Source: an uncultured delta proteobacterium
GTDB lineage: Bacteria; Myxococcota; Myxococcia; Myxococcales; Myxococcaceae
Assembly: GCA_963771175.1 (NCBI GenBank)
Contig: CAVYSY010000002.1
Location: forward strand, 107,011 to 171,010
Length of the DNA stretch: 64,000 nt
Direction of reading: 5' to 3'
A program made the position numbers and the translations under genes. Below, piece by piece: positions 19,305 to 29,753 of the stretch. Each line of letters opens with the position of its first letter. The first letter of the stretch is position 1. The notes below the pieces were generated by a model that saw nothing but the letters and a program-made list of their open reading frames with translations, was not told the DNA's origin and made no database searches.

Positions 19305-20429
19305 ATGAGACGCCCTCGTGGCTTGAGGATTGCCCTCGCCTGCAGCCTCGCGCTGCACCTGGGCCTCCTGTGGTGGCTGTGGCTCCTCCCACCCTCGGCT
19401 CGACAACCCTCTCCGCCCTCGCCGCCCTCCACTCCGGTGGAGGTGCTCGTCGTCGACCTCTCCCCTGCCCGCCCCACCCCGCCTCCTCCGCCACCCCGTG
19501 GCCCGAAGACGCGGACGCGCGGTGGGGGACGGAGCGAGGCCAGGCCCCCCGCGGACGCGCCCGCCGAGCCTCCCGCGCCCGTTCCCCTGGCCAGCGATCT
19601 GCCCCGTGTGGAGACGAGCCCCGAGAGACCCTCGCTCCTTCCGAGCGCTGATTCGGTGGCGCTCCTGCCCCACGGACCCCTCCCCGTGCCCCCGCCCGAA
19701 GAACCGGGGCCACCCGGGACTCGCCTGCGAGCGCCCGCGCACCCGGCGTCCCCCCAGGAGCTCGTGGACGGAATCGCCCGCGACAGCCTGGCGAAGGCGC
19801 GCGTCGAGAGCGGCCTGACGCCCACGTACTTCAGCGATGTGGGCCAGGCGCTCCTGAAGCGCTTCCGCCTGACCCAGGGGGATGCCGAGCGAGAGCAGAA
19901 GCTCGGGGAGAAGGTGGTCGAGAAGGCACGTGACGTCACGAGCGTGCTCTCCCGCTCCGGGAAGATGGAGGACCCGCTCGCGCACCCCCGCCGGGTCGAC
20001 CCCCTCGCGAGCGCGGCCTCGCTGCATCCCGTGGTCGAGGAGTCCATGAAGAATCTGGCCTACTCACTGCCCCAGGACTGGACGCGCTCCGCGGGCACGG
20101 TGGTGGTGCGACTCACGCAATCCGGTGCCGGGCAGGTGCTCTCCGTCGAGCTCCTCGGCTCCTCGGGAAACCGCGGACTGGACCAGGCGGCCGTGGCGGC
20201 CGTCCAGGCGCTCGGCGAGGAGCTGCCGCCCCCTCCTCCAGACGTGCTGAAGGGCCGCGACTCGGTGGTGAGCGAGTGGAAGTTCGAGCTGCTGCGAACC
20301 GTCGCGGGCCCGGCGGCCCTGGGCCTGGGGCTCGTCGGCACCTTCGACATTGGCACCGACCTTCCGGAGGCCCGCCCCACCTTCGCCGCCAAGAGCCAGG
20401 TCCGGGTGACCCTGGTGGCGTACTACTGA
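19305..20429 (+). CDS. TonB C-terminal domain protein (energy-transducer-like)
   Basis: N-terminal TM with SLALH, Pro-rich linker, then VVVRLTQSGAGQVLSVELLGSSGNRGLDQAAVAAV (TonB_C SSG..LD.AA). Confidence 0.8.
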   Translation: MRRPRGLRIALACSLALHLGLLWWLWLLPPSARQPSPPSPPSTPVEVLVVDLSPARPTPPPPPPRGPKTRTRGGGRSEARPPADAPAEPPAPVPLASDLPRVETSPERPSLLPSADSVALLPHGPLPVPPPEEPGPPGTRLRAPAHPASPQELVDGIARDSLAKARVESGLTPTYFSDVGQALLKRFRLTQGDAEREQKLGEKVVEKARDVTSVLSRSGKMEDPLAHPRRVDPLASAASLHPVVEESMKNLAYSLPQDWTRSAGTVVVRLTQSGAGQVLSVELLGSSGNRGLDQAAVAAVQALGEELPPPPPDVLKGRDSVVSEWKFELLRTVAGPAALGLGLVGTFDIGTDLPEARPTFAAKSQVRVTLVAYY

Positions 20430-20507
20430 GCGCGCCCTCGCTTCTCCGTGCCAGAGGGACGTGGCATATCGCGGCTCGTGACATCCACTCCGAAGAGGGG
20501 AGGCTCC

Positions 20508-21953
20508 GTGCAGTCCTGTGTTTCGAGAATCCTTTCCAGCTGTCTGGCCGTGTGCCTCACGCTCGCCGTGCTGCTGCCCGTGCCCGCCCTCGCGATGGAC
20601 GGTGCGGCCTTCGAGCAGCTCCACACGCGCGTGCAGAAGGAGGACCTCTCCGACGCGAAGCTCTCGGTCCTGAAGACAGCGGCCTCCACCAATACCTTCA
20701 CCTGCGCGCAGGTGGCGCGTCTGATCGAGCAGTTCTCCTTCGGTGATGACAAGCTCGAGACGCTCTCGGCGCTCAAGGGCCACATCGAGGATCCGGAGAA
20801 CAAGGGCAAGCTCGTCGCCCTCTTCAGCTTCGACGACGAGAAGGAGAAGGCCAGGCAGTTCCTGGCCGGCATCCAGAGGGCCACGCCCGCCGCCCCCAAC
20901 ACCGCGCCGGCCACCGGCAGCGAGCCCACCCGCATCAGCGCGGCCACCCGCGGCCGCACCGGCGAGACGACGCCGCTGCTGGTGAACCAGGTGGGCGCCT
21001 GGCCGAGCGCGGACGTCGCCGCGCTCGTCGCGGCACTCGAGAAGGAGAGCTTCACCGAGGGGAAGATGAGCGTGCTCAAGACCGCCATCTCCAGTCGTCC
21101 CGAGGGCTTCACCTCCGCGCACATCCAGCAGATCGTCCCAATCCTCACCTACTGCGACGACATGGTGGAGGCGGTGAAGCTGATGGATGAGCACATGCTC
21201 GGCATGACGTCGCGCGAGGTGCTCGGGGTGCTGGACACGTACTCCTTCAACGACGACAAGCTGAAGGTGCTGCGCGTAATCAAGGACGCCATCACCGACG
21301 CGGAGAACAAGTTCATCATCCTCGACGGGTTCACCTTCGGTGACCACAAGGAGGAGGCGCGCAAGATTCTCGAGACCATCAAGTCGCGCAGCCCGGTGTA
21401 CGGCACCATCCGCAGCAAGCGCGTCATCTTCGTGGTGGATGTCTCCGGCAGCATGAAGGCGCGCTTCACCACCAACCGCGGCGAGACGCTCAACCGGCTC
21501 CAGTTCGTGCAGCGCGAGCTGCAATCCGTGCTGAAGGAGCAGCTCCCGGCGGGCGCGAAGTTCAACCTCGTCATCTTCTCCTCGGGCGTGCAGGCGTGGA
21601 AGCCCGGGCTCGTCCCGGCCACTCCGCAGTCGGTGCAGGAGGCGGTGCAGTACGTGAGCGGGCTGCGCGAGCACGGCGGCACCAACATCCACGGCGCGCT
21701 GGAGAAGGCGTTCGCCGACTCCGAGGCGGACTCCATCTACTTCCTCACCGATGGCATGCCGTCGGAGGGCAAGAAGAAGGCCACCGCGGACATCCTCCAG
21801 GACGTGGCCGCCTGGAACGCCCAACGCAAGGTGGTGGTGAACACCGTCGCGTTCCTGATGGGCAGCATCAAGGGTGACAACAAGTCCAAGTCGCGCGAGC
21901 TGATGCTCGAGCTGGCCAAGGCCACCGACGGCGTCTACCGCTCCATCGAGTAG
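20508..21953 (+). CDS. Secreted protein with two DUF4476-like repeats and a C-terminal VWA domain
   Basis: Signal peptide; FTCAQVARLIEQFSFGDDKL...DPEN...FSFDDEKEKA repeated as YSFNDDKL...DAEN...FTFGDHKEEA; VIFVVDVSGSM, GGTNI, YFLTDGMP. Confidence 0.8.
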   Translation: MQSCVSRILSSCLAVCLTLAVLLPVPALAMDGAAFEQLHTRVQKEDLSDAKLSVLKTAASTNTFTCAQVARLIEQFSFGDDKLETLSALKGHIEDPENKGKLVALFSFDDEKEKARQFLAGIQRATPAAPNTAPATGSEPTRISAATRGRTGETTPLLVNQVGAWPSADVAALVAALEKESFTEGKMSVLKTAISSRPEGFTSAHIQQIVPILTYCDDMVEAVKLMDEHMLGMTSREVLGVLDTYSFNDDKLKVLRVIKDAITDAENKFIILDGFTFGDHKEEARKILETIKSRSPVYGTIRSKRVIFVVDVSGSMKARFTTNRGETLNRLQFVQRELQSVLKEQLPAGAKFNLVIFSSGVQAWKPGLVPATPQSVQEAVQYVSGLREHGGTNIHGALEKAFADSEADSIYFLTDGMPSEGKKKATADILQDVAAWNAQRKVVVNTVAFLMGSIKGDNKSKSRELMLELAKATDGVYRSIE

Positions 21954-22025
21954 GACGCGCTCCGCTGCCTCCCCGGGCGGCGCGAGCTCTCACGAGGCCG
22001 CGCCGCGCCATCTGCTCGAGGGAGC

Positions 22026-24971
22026 TCAGGAGAAGAGCTCGAGCAGGTCCTCGCGGGTGATGGCCGTCGCGGCCGAGGCCTCGCTCAGCGCCGCCTCGAA
22101 GAGGGCGCGCTTCTTCTCCTGGAGCCCGAGGATGCGCTCCTCGACCGTGCCCTGCGACACCAGCCGGTACACCATCACCGGCCGCTCCTGGCCGATGCGG
22201 TGGGCGCGATCCGCCGCCTGCGCCTCCACCGCCGGGTTCCACCACGGGTCCACCAGGAACACGTGGTCCGCCGCGGTGAGGTTGAGCCCCGTGCCACCCG
22301 CCTTGAGCGACATCAGCATCACCGGCGCGCCCTCGGGTGACTGGAAGCGCGAGGTGACCTCGCCACGATTGGCTGTCGCTCCGTCCAGGCGCTCGAAGGC
22401 AATCCCGGACTTCTTGAGCTGCGGCTCGATCAGGTCCAGCAGCGAGGTCCACTGCGAGAACACCAGCGCCTTGTGACCGTCCGACACGGCGGTGTCGAGG
22501 GCCTCCACCAGGGTCTGCACCTTCGACGACGAGGTGGCCTGCTGGCCCGGGACGAGCGCGGGGTGGCAGGCCGCCTGACGCAGTCGGAGCAGGGCCTCGA
22601 GCGCCTTGAGCACGCTGCCCCCTTCGTTCAGCAGGGCGACCACTTCCGCGCGAGTCGCCGCCATCACCGCGTCGTAGACGGCGCGCTCCCGCTCATCCAG
22701 CGACACGTGCATCACGGACTCGGTGCGCGGCGGCAGCTCGGGCGCGACATCCCGCTTGAGGCGCCGCAGGACGAAGGGCCGGATGCGCTTGCGCAACCGC
22801 TCCGCCGCCCCCGCCTGCCCATCGGCGATCGGCTGGGTCACCCGCTCGTCGAACTGTCTCCGCCCCCCGAGCAGGCCCGGGTTGGTGAAGTGCATCAGGC
22901 TCCAGAGCTCCTCCAGCCGGTTCTCCAGCGGCGTGCCGCTGAGCGCCAGACGGAAGTTCGCCTTGAGCCCGAAGGCCGAGCGCGCCACCTGGCTCTCGGG
23001 ATTCTTGATGGCCTGGGCCTCGTCCAGCACCACCGCGTCCCAGGTACGGCCCCCGAGCACGGCCGCGTCCAGCCGGAGGATGGAGTACGTGGTGAGCGTC
23101 ACATCGGCGGCCTCGTCCAGGGCACGACCGGGCCCGTGATACACGCAGACCTTGAGCGACGGACGGAAGCGCTTGAGCTCCGCGACCCAGTTCGGAAGCA
23201 CGCTGGTGGGGCAGACGACGAGGGAGCGCGGGCCCAGCACGCAGATCGTCTGGAGCGTCTTTCCGAGGCCCATGTCGTCGGCGAGGATGCCGCCAAGGCC
23301 CGCGCCCTGGAGGAAGCGGAGCCAGCTCACGCCCTGCTGCTGGTAGTGGCGCAGCGTGGCGGTGAGGTCCTCCGGAAGGGCCGGAGGCGGGAGCTTCTCG
23401 AAGCCCTCGACCAACGGGGCCAGCCGGTCGAGTCCCGGCGGAGGCGGCTGCTCGAGCGTCTCACACAGCGCGCTCAACTCCGGCAGGGCGTGATTGGAGA
23501 CCCGGCCATCCGCCTGACGCGCGGCCAGGAGGTCCGCGACGCGCTGGCCGTTCTTGTCCAACCAGGCCCGCGGCAGAGGCGCCCAACCGCCTCCGTCGAG
23601 GGGAACGAGTCCCAGCCCTTCCGTCCACGCCCGGATGACCGCCGCCGCGTCCACGGACTGCGTCTCGCCCTTGCCGCCCTCCACCTGGAACTCGAGCGTG
23701 AAGCGCACGTTGGGAATGCCCGTCCCATCGGCGGACTCCACCCGGAGCAGGGGCCGGAGCTGGACGTCCGGGCTCACGATGCTCGCGGCATCTCCGGAGA
23801 GGTCCCCTCGCCAGCGCCGGAGCTTGTCCGCCCAGCGCACCATCTCCTGCCCCTGCACCGTCAGCCGTCGGCCGGGGACCAGGTTCAGCTCATCGCGGAG
23901 CTGATGGATGAGGCGTTGTTCGGCCGCCTCGTCGCGCAGGGGCACCGCCCCGCGCAGGTAGACCATCCGGCCGTTGTCGATCCGCACCGACGGAGGCGCC
24001 CCGTACACGAGGGTGGGCAGCACGGACAGCCCGGACTCGAGCTGGTTGAGCTCCATCAAGATGCGCGGCTTCAGCTCGCGATCGATGGGCGGCAGGCGCC
24101 GGCTGCGGACCACGACGGGCATGCGGCGGCCCAGCTCCGGGAGCACCTTCGAGGAGATCTCCCCCATCTGCTCGGGCGCGAAGGTGCGGACCACGGGAAG
24201 GTTCTGGAGCCACGCTCCGGTCATCGACGTCTCGCCCAGCCGGGCCAGCGCATCGGTGAGCAACGCGACCCCCGGGCTCACGACCTCGACGATGCGGGGA
24301 TCTCGCGTCACCGTCACGACAATCTGCCCGCCCCGGTCCTCGACGAGGGCCCTCGGGGCGACGACCTCCTCCGCCACCGCGACGGGCCGCCCGTCGAGCA
24401 GGACGTTGCGCGCCTGCTGGAGCACCTGGAGCAGTGCGTCCAGGCGCTCGGGAGGGAGTGCCCCGCGCGTGCGGCGCTCCAGGAGACGGTCCGCGAGGAG
24501 GTCCGACTGCTCGACCTGCAGCATCGCGGCCTTCGCCGGCTTCGCGAGCAGGGAGGCAAGGGTGTCCTCGAGGGGCTCCTCCTGACCATCCGCGTGCACG
24601 AGCGCCCGGTGGAGCTCCAGCCCGCCGGGGACGCGCGTGAACCGATACACCACGCGGGACCACTTGTTCGCGATCGACTCCAGCGGCTTGTCCTGCTTCT
24701 CCGCCTGCTGGACGAAGAGAGCCCCGGCCACGACGTGCTCGCACGGGTCCACCCGACTGGGGCAGTCGCACTCCCAGGCCTCGTCGCCGGGGTACAGAAT
24801 GACCGTGAGGGCCACCGGGCGCCCCGCTGCCTTCACCCTCAGTTCAATCTCATTCGACTTCTGAGCCTGGACCGAGACGGCACCGGCACGGGAGAGGTTC
24901 ACCCCATTGGACCAGATTCCAGGGCGAGCTTCCTTGCGAACGGCTTCGAGCAGTTGAGCGAGCGCGGACAT
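22026..24971 (-). CDS. SWIM zinc finger-SNF2 family helicase
   Basis: [12 protein letters not shown] (SWIM), [50 protein letters not shown]. Confidence 0.95.
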   Translation of the reverse strand: MSALAQLLEAVRKEARPGIWSNGVNLSRAGAVSVQAQKSNEIELRVKAAGRPVALTVILYPGDEAWECDCPSRVDPCEHVVAGALFVQQAEKQDKPLESIANKWSRVVYRFTRVPGGLELHRALVHADGQEEPLEDTLASLLAKPAKAAMLQVEQSDLLADRLLERRTRGALPPERLDALLQVLQQARNVLLDGRPVAVAEEVVAPRALVEDRGGQIVVTVTRDPRIVEVVSPGVALLTDALARLGETSMTGAWLQNLPVVRTFAPEQMGEISSKVLPELGRRMPVVVRSRRLPPIDRELKPRILMELNQLESGLSVLPTLVYGAPPSVRIDNGRMVYLRGAVPLRDEAAEQRLIHQLRDELNLVPGRRLTVQGQEMVRWADKLRRWRGDLSGDAASIVSPDVQLRPLLRVESADGTGIPNVRFTLEFQVEGGKGETQSVDAAAVIRAWTEGLGLVPLDGGGWAPLPRAWLDKNGQRVADLLAARQADGRVSNHALPELSALCETLEQPPPPGLDRLAPLVEGFEKLPPPALPEDLTATLRHYQQQGVSWLRFLQGAGLGGILADDMGLGKTLQTICVLGPRSLVVCPTSVLPNWVAELKRFRPSLKVCVYHGPGRALDEAADVTLTTYSILRLDAAVLGGRTWDAVVLDEAQAIKNPESQVARSAFGLKANFRLALSGTPLENRLEELWSLMHFTNPGLLGGRRQFDERVTQPIADGQAGAAERLRKRIRPFVLRRLKRDVAPELPPRTESVMHVSLDERERAVYDAVMAATRAEVVALLNEGGSVLKALEALLRLRQAACHPALVPGQQATSSSKVQTLVEALDTAVSDGHKALVFSQWTSLLDLIEPQLKKSGIAFERLDGATANRGEVTSRFQSPEGAPVMLMSLKAGGTGLNLTAADHVFLVDPWWNPAVEAQAADRAHRIGQERPVMVYRLVSQGTVEERILGLQEKKRALFEAALSEASAATAITREDLLELFS

Positions 24972-25113
24972 GGGAGATGCGAATCCCTACGCTCCGCGAG
25001 GGCGCCGCGCAACGCCGATGTGCCTACACCGGGCGCGGAAGATCAGCCGTCAACGGCTCCTTCCCCCTTGGACGTCCGGGAAGCAGGGGGCGGCACACAA
25101 GGCGTGGACCTGG

Positions 25114-25476
25114 TCAGCGGCCCTGGATGCGAGTCCGCAGCTCGGAGATGAGTGACTCGTAGCGCAGCGGCTTGCCCAGCACCCGACACGCCCCCAGCGA
25201 CAAGGCGGCCTCGCTGGCCAGCGAGTTCACGTGCCCTGTCACCACCAGCACCGGCGCTCCCGGTCGGGACAGGCGCGCAGCGCGCACCACGTCCAGTCCT
25301 CGGCCCCCGGGCAGATCCACGTCGGTGATGACCGCGTCGAAGACCTCGTTGCGCAGGCGTTGGATGGCGTCCTGGGTCGCGCACAGGCCCACGGCCGTAT
25401 AGCCATCCATCGACAGGAGATCGCACAGCGCTCCCGTGGCCACCGGCTCACCGTCCACCACCAGGATGCGCTTCAT
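25114..25476 (-). CDS. Single-domain response regulator receiver
   Basis: MKRILVVDGE...VITDVDLPGGRG...VLVVTG...KP. Confidence 0.85.
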   Translation of the reverse strand: MKRILVVDGEPVATGALCDLLSMDGYTAVGLCATQDAIQRLRNEVFDAVITDVDLPGGRGLDVVRAARLSRPGAPVLVVTGHVNSLASEAALSLGACRVLGKPLRYESLISELRTRIQGR

Positions 25477-25481
25477 GGTGC

Positions 25482-26068
25482 TCACCACCCGCCCCACGGT
25501 TGCGCTCTCCCGCCACTCACCCGGCGCGCCGGGGCGGCCGGCAGGGGAAAGGCCAGCTCCAGCGCATCCGCCGCGTCGGCCAGCGAGCCGTGCGCGGCCT
25601 CGATGCGCGCGAACTTCGCCCGGACCCGCTCCATCTCGTCCACTGGGAGCAGCCGCCTCACCATCGGGAAGAAGCGCCCCTCCTCCGCCTCCGTGTGGCC
25701 CCGGTGCAGGCGCACGTACCGCGCCGAGAGCGTGTACAGCTCCGCGGGCTCACTCTCACCTCGCGCCACGGCCCGTGCCACCTCGCGCAGCTCCTCCGCC
25801 ACCTCTCGTCCCAGCGAATGCTGCCCGGAGAGTGCCGCCAGCACGCCCGCGCCCAGCGGCAGCCCCCGCGCGGTAATGGCCTGGAAGACCTCGTCCTCCT
25901 TCGCGTCGTGGCTGCCATCCACGAAGTTGATGAGGAAGTGCGCGGCCCGCTCGAACAGCACCGGGGAGACGCTCCCCCCGCGCGCCCGTGCTCCACGGCC
26001 CGCTCGAGCACGTCCATGACGCGCTCGATGGAGCGATGCTCGTTCATCAGGATGTCGATGGCGTCCAT
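25482..26068 (-). CDS. Hemerythrin-domain protein (one frameshift near 25975)
   Basis: MDAIDILMNEHRSI...HDAKEDEVF...QH...HTEAEEGRFFP (H, HxxxE, H, HxxxE). Confidence 0.85.
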
Positions 26069-26070
26069 GT

Positions 26071-27441
26071 TCACACCGTCCGAGAGAAGCGGGGCCGCTC
26101 GGCCCGGCGCAGGTACGTGTCGAACACCATCGCCACGTTGCGTACGAACAGCCGCCCCATGGGGGTCACCTCGAGCTGGCTCCCCTCCCGGCGCACCAGC
26201 CCGTCGTCTTCCAGCGGCTTGAGCCGCTCCAACTCGAGCGCGAAGTCGCGCGTGCCGTCCTCGCCCAGGTCCACCCAGAAGTTGCACATGAGCTGGGTGA
26301 TGACGGCACGGCGGCGGCGGTCGTCCTCGGACAGCCGCATGCCGCGCTCGGTGGCGAAGCCGCCCGCGCGGACCCGCTCGTAGTAGTACGGCAGGGCGCG
26401 GACGTTCTGCGCGTACGCGCCCCCCACGTCGCTGATGCCCGTGGCGCCGAGCGCCACCACGTCCGAGGCCGCCTTCACCGTGTAGCCCTGGAAGTTGCGT
26501 CCCAGCGCGCGCCGCTCCTGGGCGAGGGCCAGCTCGTCCTCGGGGAGGGCGAAGTGGTCCATGCCGATGGGCCGGTAGCCCGCGCCCGTGAAGAAGGCCC
26601 ACGCCGAGCGGAACAGCTCCATCTTCGTCCGGGCGTCCGGCAGGGCCTCGGCCGGCATGCGCTTCTGGTGCTTCAGCACGTCCGGCATGAAGGCGAACGA
26701 GTAGACGGCGAGCCGGTCCGGCCGCAGCAACAGCACCTGCTCCAGCGTGCGCCCCCAGCTCTCCGGTGTCTGGTGCGGCAGCCCGTAGATGAGATCGAAG
26801 TTCACCCCGGAGAAGCCCAGGGTGCGCGCGTGCTCCAGCAGCGCCCGCGTCTGCTCGAAGGGCTGGAGGCGGTTGGTCACCTCCTGCACCTTCGGATCGA
26901 AGTCCTGCAGCCCCATGGAGACGCGGTTGAAGCCGAGCTGCCGCAGCAGGGAGAGCTGCTCCGGCGTGGTGCTGGCCGGGTGGACCTCGATGGCCACCTC
27001 CGCGTCCGGCAGCGGGGAGAGGTGCCGGGTGAGCCCGCTCCACAGGCGCTCCATCTGCGCCTCGGAGAGGAAGGTGGGCGTGCCGCCGCCCCAGTGGAGC
27101 TGCGCCAGCTTGCGCCGGGGCCCGAGCCGACCCACCACCAGCTCCAACTCCAGGAGGAGGTGGTCGATGTAGAGGTCCGCCGCGCCCCGGTCCTTGGAGA
27201 CGACCACGTTGCACCCGCAGTACCAGCACAGGCTGCGGCAGAACGGTAGGTGGACGTACAGGGAGAGGGGCTCATCGGCCCCAGCGGTTCGGGCCGCCTC
27301 GAGCCGGTCGGCGTAGTCCTCCGTGCCGAAGTCGGGCCTCCACTCGGGGGCGGTGGGGTAGCTGGTGTAGCGAGGGCCGGCGACGTTGTAACGCCGCATG
27401 AGCTCCTCGGAAGGCGTGGGGATTTGCTGGGACGCAACCAT
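26071..27441 (-). CDS. hemN: Oxygen-independent coproporphyrinogen III oxidase
   Basis: GPRYTSYPTA, HLPFCRSLCWYCGCN radical-SAM motif, HWGGGTPT, IGMDHFALP, RNFQGY. Confidence 0.96.
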   Translation of the reverse strand: MVASQQIPTPSEELMRRYNVAGPRYTSYPTAPEWRPDFGTEDYADRLEAARTAGADEPLSLYVHLPFCRSLCWYCGCNVVVSKDRGAADLYIDHLLLELELVVGRLGPRRKLAQLHWGGGTPTFLSEAQMERLWSGLTRHLSPLPDAEVAIEVHPASTTPEQLSLLRQLGFNRVSMGLQDFDPKVQEVTNRLQPFEQTRALLEHARTLGFSGVNFDLIYGLPHQTPESWGRTLEQVLLLRPDRLAVYSFAFMPDVLKHQKRMPAEALPDARTKMELFRSAWAFFTGAGYRPIGMDHFALPEDELALAQERRALGRNFQGYTVKAASDVVALGATGISDVGGAYAQNVRALPYYYERVRAGGFATERGMRLSEDDRRRRAVITQLMCNFWVDLGEDGTRDFALELERLKPLEDDGLVRREGSQLEVTPMGRLFVRNVAMVFDTYLRRAERPRFSRTV

Positions 27442-27455
27442 CGGGTTCTTGCCAA

Positions 27456-27471
27456 TCCAAGCACCGTGCCA
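27456..27471 (-). promoter_or_regulatory. Putative sigma54 -24/-12 promoter for hemN
   Basis: Minus strand TGGCACG-GTGC-TTGGA versus consensus TGGCACG-N4-TTGC(A/T); one mismatch at -12. Confidence 0.5.
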
Positions 27472-27513
27472 ACGTCGGCCCCCCGCAAACCCCCGTCCGG
27501 ACTGCCCTTCCGA

Positions 27514-27547
27514 GCGCAAGCGCTGCGCCCGGACGCAAGGGTTGCGC
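27514..27547. promoter_or_regulatory. Tandem GCGCA-N5-TGCGC inverted-repeat boxes (NmpR-like activator sites)
   Basis: GCGCA-AGCGC-TGCGC at 27514..27528 and ACGCA-AGGGT-TGCGC at 27533..27547, upstream of the sigma54 motif. Confidence 0.6.
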
Positions 27548-27568
27548 TTCAGGGTCCCATCGACCCGG

Positions 27569-28985
27569 CTACCGGCCCGGAGAGGGCGGCCCCAGGAAAC
27601 GCCCCTCCAGCCGCTTCACCTCCCCGGAGGCCTGGTCGGTGACCTCGAGCTGGAAGGTGAAGGGAACGCGCTGGGTCCGCTCCACGGTGATGAAGAGAGG
27701 CACCCGGAAGCTCTCCAGGGAGCCGAGCTTCACCTCCTGCTGTGGCACCACCACCGAGGCCGGCACCGGGCTGTCCACACGTATGGTGAAGGTGGACTCA
27801 GTGGGATTCTTGTTCACCAGGTGCAGCTCGAACTGGTTGCGCAGCGTGGTGCCCTCCATGAGGTAGGGCATGCCCTGGAAGCGCAGCAGGTTGGCCTCGA
27901 AGGGCTTGCGGCCCACCAGGGCCACCGTGAGCGCGACCCCGGAGATCAGCAGGAGGGCCCCGTAAAGGAACAGACGCGAACGGAGGACCCGGCGCGGCTG
28001 GCCCGCCAATCCGTTGAGCGAGTCGTAGCGGACGAGGCCCCTGGGACGCCCCAGCTTGTCCATCACCTCGTCGCAGGCGTCCACGCACTGCGCGCAGGCG
28101 ATGCAGTCCATCTGCAGGCCGTCGCGGATGTCGATGCCGGTGGGGCAGGCGGTGACGCACTTGCGGCAGTCCACGCAGTCGCCCTGGCGCGGAGCCTCGG
28201 GCAGGGACTGCTTCGCCTTCACCAGCCGGCCCCGGGGCTCGCCGCGACCGAGGTCGTAGCCGATGATGAGCGAGTCCCTGTCCTGCATCGCCGACTGCAG
28301 GCGCCCGTAGGGGCAGAGCACCACGCAGAGCTGCTCGCGGAACCAGGCGAAGTTGAAGTACAGCGCGCCCGTGACGACCATGGCCCAGGCGAAGGGCACG
28401 CCGTGACCGCCCGGCCCCTCGCGCACCATGGTGACCAGGTCCTTCACGGAGACGAAGAACGCCAGCGCCACGTGCGCCAGCAGCCAGCGACACGAGCAGG
28501 TAGGCCCCGTGCTTCGTCACCCCGCGCAGCACCCGCTGCGGCGTCCACGGCCCGGCCGCCATCTTCAGCCGGCGCTCGCGCGGGCCGTCGATCCACCGTT
28601 CGATGCTGGCGGTAGACGCCCTCGAGGAACACCGTCTGCGGACAGCGCCCAGCCGCACCACACGCGGCCGAGCCACGCCGTGGCGAAGAGCAGGGAGAAG
28701 CCCGCGGTGGTGAGCAGGAGGAGGACGAGCCAGAAGTCCTGCGCGTTGAAGGTGCGCGCCGAAGAGGTAGAAGTGGCGCGCCGCGATGTCCAGGTGGATG
28801 GCGGGATGGCCCCCCACCCGGACGAACGGCATCACCACGTAGATGGCGATCAACACCACGTAGACGAGGCGCCGCCAGCGGATGAAGCGGCCATGCACGT
28901 CCGAGGGGTGGATGCCCAGCCGGGACCCATCCGGCCGAATGGAGGCGAGATGCCCGGTGCCTGGCCCTGGAGCTTGCGGCTGCAT
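27569..28985 (-). CDS. ccoG: cbb3 oxidase accessory 4Fe-4S protein, frameshifted
   Basis: REQLCVVLCPYGRLQS, CVDCRKCVTACPTGIDIRDGLQMDCIACAQCVDACD. Confidence 0.92.
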
Positions 28986-28995
28986 ACGTCCTCCC

Positions 28996-29554
28996 TTACT
29001 GCGCCGGCTCGCCCTGAGGGGCCTTGCCGGGCACGTCCGTGTTCTTGAGCGTCAGCACGTAGGCGACGATGGCGCGCACGCGCTGGGCGCCCAGCGTGCT
29101 GCTCCCAGCCGGGCATGCCCTTGGCCACCACGCCCTCGGCGATCGTCTTCTGGATCTCCGTCGGCTTGCCGCCGTGCAGCCAGAACTTGTCCGTCAGGTT
29201 GGGGCCGATGAGCCCCTCGCCCTTCTGCGCCGTGACAGGCCGCGCACACCTGCGTGAACTGGGTCTTGCCCTGCTCCACCACCGCCGGCGTCGTTGACCA
29301 ACGCGAGCAGCGTCTCGTCGCCCGTGGGCGGCGGCTTGTTGGCGGCGGCGATGCGCGCGGCCTCGGCTGCCTCGGCCTTGTACACCTCGAGCGAGCCCGG
29401 GCCCTTGCCGCGTCACATGGTAGTAGTACCAGTAGCCGAAGCCGAAGACGATGGTGGTCCAGAGGATGAGCAGCCACCAGTTGGGCAGGTGGTTGTCCAT
29501 CTCCTCGATGCCGTCGTAGACGTGGAGAATTCCCGGCTTGTCACTCGAGCTCAT
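28996..29554 (-). CDS. ccoP: cbb3 cytochrome c oxidase subunit III (monoheme), frameshifted
   Basis: HVYDGIEEMDNHLPNWW N-terminus, CAACHG, GPNLTDKFWLHGG, KGMPGW. Confidence 0.88.
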
Positions 29555-29753
29555 GGTGGGTCCTCGCGCCGCGGGAGTCGGAAGTCACCGCGCCTGACTC
29601 GGCCAGCGGCAGCCGGGAGAGCGCGTCGTAGTCCTGGCCCCGCCGCGCGAGGAACACCCACGCGACCACGCCGAGGAACACAGCGAAGAAGAGAAGCAGG
29701 GTGAAGAGCGGGAGCTGGGTCAGCTCCATCCCCTCGTAGAATTGTTTCCACAT
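29551..29753 (-). CDS. ccoQ: cbb3 oxidase small subunit (CcoQ-like)
   Basis: [34 protein letters not shown]...YDALSRLPL, lying between ccoNO and ccoP. Confidence 0.8.

Noticed and set aside
22026..24971. SNF2 helicase as an anti-phage defence gene
   Set aside because: SWIM-SNF2 with host-like composition and no methylase or nuclease partners; looks like a core gene.
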